Source of the DNA: a virus
Lineage: Duplodnaviria; Caudoviricetes
Direction: 5' to 3' (one strand)
Length of the DNA stretch: 54,620 bases
IMG/VR virus record: IMGVR_UViG_3300004369_000597
Location: 1 to 54,620 of that record
In this document: piece by piece, positions 52,677 to 54,620 of the stretch
Layout of the letters: each line of letters starts with the position of its first letter
How positions within the stretch are numbered: position 1 is the stretch's first letter
Position numbers and translations under genes: made by a program
Notes under the pieces: model-generated
Told to the model about the DNA's origin: nothing
The model's input: only the letters and a program-made list of their open reading frames with translations
The model's database searches: none

Positions 52677-54236
52677 TTATGAAATAACACGTGTGCCGTA
52701 AAGTTTTTCAAATCTATCTGCGTCTGATCTATCATTAACCATGGGTTCTCCTCTGATGTTTAATGATGTGTTTAGAAGTATAGGGCAACCTGTTTCTTTG
52801 TACCATGCTTCTAACAATCGTCTAATACCTGTATCGTCTTTAGGAACAGTTTGCACTCTGCTTGTGCCATCAGCATGTATGATAGCAGGGAACTTTTTAG
52901 GATGTCTGCAAGGTGCAACTACTTGCATGTAGGGGGAAGTTTCCCAACCAGGTGGCATAACAAAATAATCGTCCACTAGTTCTTCTAAGATCATAGGAGC
53001 AAACGGTCTAAATTTTTGTCTCTTTTTAATTTCATTTACTTTGTCTTTTATCTTAGGACCTCTAGGGTCTGCTAGTAAACTTCTAGTACCTAATGCTCTG
53101 GGTCCAAACTCTGCTCTACCAGATGCGATACCTACAATCTTTTCTTTCTTTAGTGCTTTAACCATTGCATCTACTGGATACTCACCCGGTATGTTTGTGC
53201 CTAAAAAAGCATTTTTCCAATTTAATTTTTTACCATAATCTAATGCCGCGGCTCCTAATGAGTTACCAGCATCACCTGGATTAGGCATGATCCATATGTT
53301 CTTAAAGTATTCGCCTAGCAATCTGTTTGCTGAACAGTTAAGAGCAACACCACCACCGTATACTAAGTTTCTGCTCTTACCTTTGATCTTTGCTTTGTTC
53401 ATTACAATGTTAATTAATCTTTCAACGTATGCTTGTGATGATGCGGCAATATCAAAGTCGTCTGCACCTTTTAAGAATTCAGGATCAACTCCAATGTGCG
53501 AATTAGTTTTAAAGTCTAATTTTTCCGTGTGGGCTCCAAAGTAATCTTCAAGTTTTTTAGTATGCTTAGGTTCGCCGTATGCAGCCATACCCATTAAAAT
53601 ATATTCTTCATCTAGCGGACGCAAGCCAATTCTATGAGTCATTGCACTATAATACAAACCAATAGAGTTAGGATACTTTAAAGACCACAAACGTTTGTAT
53701 TTTGCATTACCTTTTTTGTCATAGTATGCATGCCATATAGTTGCACTATCTAACTCACCAATAGCATCAATAACAACTACAGTTGCTTCATCATAAGGTG
53801 ATGTTTGAAATCCAGCGGCCGCATGACATTTGTGATGCGTGTGAGTATTAAGGGGCAAAGCATCATAAAAAGGATGTTCAATGAGTAGTTTTGGGTCAAA
53901 CGAATCTAAAATCCACTCATGCAAATAGTCGTGAACTTTAGGTCCTATAAGGTCTTTTGCCATAAACGGACCCAATTTCTGACCTGCTCTAAATTGACGT
54001 ATGGCTTTGAGCCATGGTTTTTCATAATAATTAACAGTTAAATAATCATTCTTTTGATCACAGAAAGAAAGTGCTTCTTCTATAATATCGATACACAGGT
54101 CTTTGTCGTGTTTCTTTTTACTGTATCGTTCACTGTGCCCAGCAAAAAGTATTTCACCATTATCGTCAATTAATGTTACACCGGCGTCATGGAAACCACA
54201 ACTTAGCCCTAAATATTTTCTATTTTTTCTACTCAT
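52677..54236 (-). CDS. O-carbamoyltransferase (NodU/CmcH/TobZ family)
   Basis: GFHDAG, ERYS..KH, HH.CHA, IDAIGE, MGMAAYG, GGVALNC, EFGPRALG.RS, R..FRPFAP, LLNTS.N. Confidence 0.95.
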   Translation of the reverse strand: MSRKNRKYLGLSCGFHDAGVTLIDDNGEILFAGHSERYSKKKHDKDLCIDIIEEALSFCDQKNDYLTVNYYEKPWLKAIRQFRAGQKLGPFMAKDLIGPKVHDYLHEWILDSFDPKLLIEHPFYDALPLNTHTHHKCHAAAGFQTSPYDEATVVVIDAIGELDSATIWHAYYDKKGNAKYKRLWSLKYPNSIGLYYSAMTHRIGLRPLDEEYILMGMAAYGEPKHTKKLEDYFGAHTEKLDFKTNSHIGVDPEFLKGADDFDIAASSQAYVERLINIVMNKAKIKGKSRNLVYGGGVALNCSANRLLGEYFKNIWIMPNPGDAGNSLGAAALDYGKKLNWKNAFLGTNIPGEYPVDAMVKALKKEKIVGIASGRAEFGPRALGTRSLLADPRGPKIKDKVNEIKKRQKFRPFAPMILEELVDDYFVMPPGWETSPYMQVVAPCRHPKKFPAIIHADGTSRVQTVPKDDTGIRRLLEAWYKETGCPILLNTSLNIRGEPMVNDRSDADRFEKLYGTRVIS

Positions 54237-54239
54237 ATT

Positions 54240-54389
54240 TTACTTGTAAATAAATGGATCTCGCTTTCTTAATTCTTTAAGTCTGCGTCTATATTCTCGT
54301 TCTCTTTTAAATTTAACATATGGATATTTTAACAAGTCCCATAATTTTCTAAAAAAACGTTTGATCTTTTCTAATAATTTTTTAAACAT
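54240..54389 (-). CDS. Small basic protein (49 aa) ending LKELRKRDPFIYK
   Basis: Below the ORF-track cutoff; GAGGA RBS; fills the gap before the carbamoyltransferase. Confidence 0.78.
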   Translation of the reverse strand: MFKKLLEKIKRFFRKLWDLLKYPYVKFKREREYRRRLKELRKRDPFIYK

Positions 54390-54620
54390 TTGTTTTCCTC
54401 AATGAACAGTAATAGTTCTTCTGCATATAACATGTGAGGTTCTTTGCCATGATGCCAGTATTTTGCTTTTTCATTGACATATCCCAGACGTTTGTACTTC
54501 GGATAGAAGCCCTCATCTAATTCGTGCATCTGATAGTATTTAGTAGGGTCAACCAATGGCAAAAAATCTTTTATGGCTTCATTGTCTTCAGTATATTGTT
54601 GCATAGAATTACACATTATA
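54371..54620 (-). CDS. Partial gene (5' end outside window), possibly an SGNH-hydrolase-like C-terminus
   Basis: Frame open to the window edge; WHHG.EPH..YAE.L resembles the terminal His motif of SGNH-like proteins (weak). Confidence 0.55.
   Translation of the reverse strand, partial: IMCNSMQQYTEDNEAIKDFLPLVDPTKYYQMHELDEGFYPKYKRLGYVNEKAKYWHHGKEPHMLYAEELLLFIEENKCLKNY

Noticed and set aside
126-53544. Numerous 60-135 aa plus-strand and nested ORFs in the track (e.g. 126..341, 1224..1565, 28637..28972, 47171..47575)
   Set aside because: They are antisense or out-of-frame shadows of well-supported minus-strand genes, with no RBS, promoter or motif support. Only 3948..4346 and 24300..24713 look real on the plus strand.
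1-54620. Stop-codon reassignment, as seen in some large phages
   Set aside because: Standard-code ORFs tile the window densely and core genes are full length; TAA, TGA and TAG all act as stops.
1-54620. tRNA, tmRNA or rRNA genes
   Set aside because: Intergenic gaps are short and explained by promoters, terminators or leaders; no cloverleaf or T-loop signature was recognised by eye. A tRNAscan/Infernal run would be definitive.

Overview
AT-rich segment of a large T4-like (myovirus-type) dsDNA phage, almost all coded on the minus strand. The host is inferred to be an aquatic, probably marine, Gram-negative proteobacterium. Core genes: gp41-like helicase, gp61-like primase, gp62-like clamp-loader subunit, UvsW, UvsX, UvsY, gp32 SSB, large terminase, ThyA, a MoxR AAA + HExxH/VWA pair, and virion proteins. 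Host-like and accessory genes: peptide deformylase, ribosomal protein bL33, a TonB-dependent receptor, two tandem haem-c/copper-monooxygenase proteins, and a dispersed modification toolkit (two radical SAM enzymes, 2OG-Fe(II) oxygenases, methyltransferases, FkbH, DegT aminotransferase, epimerase, carbamoyltransferase, and a 1993-aa repeat/GT-like protein). The most unusual items are a 197-aa 'mini-DnaE' that keeps all three catalytic Asp motifs and is coupled to an exonuclease gene, a probable capsid-cargo nucleotidyltransferase polyprotein, a higher-order (A)BCDE repeat array, radical-SAM genes followed by diverged copies of their upstream neighbour, and many apparently leaderless genes behind sigma70-type and TAAATA late promoters. 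No tRNA, rRNA, CRISPR array, intron or intein was seen. All family calls come from motif recognition by eye; no database search was run.
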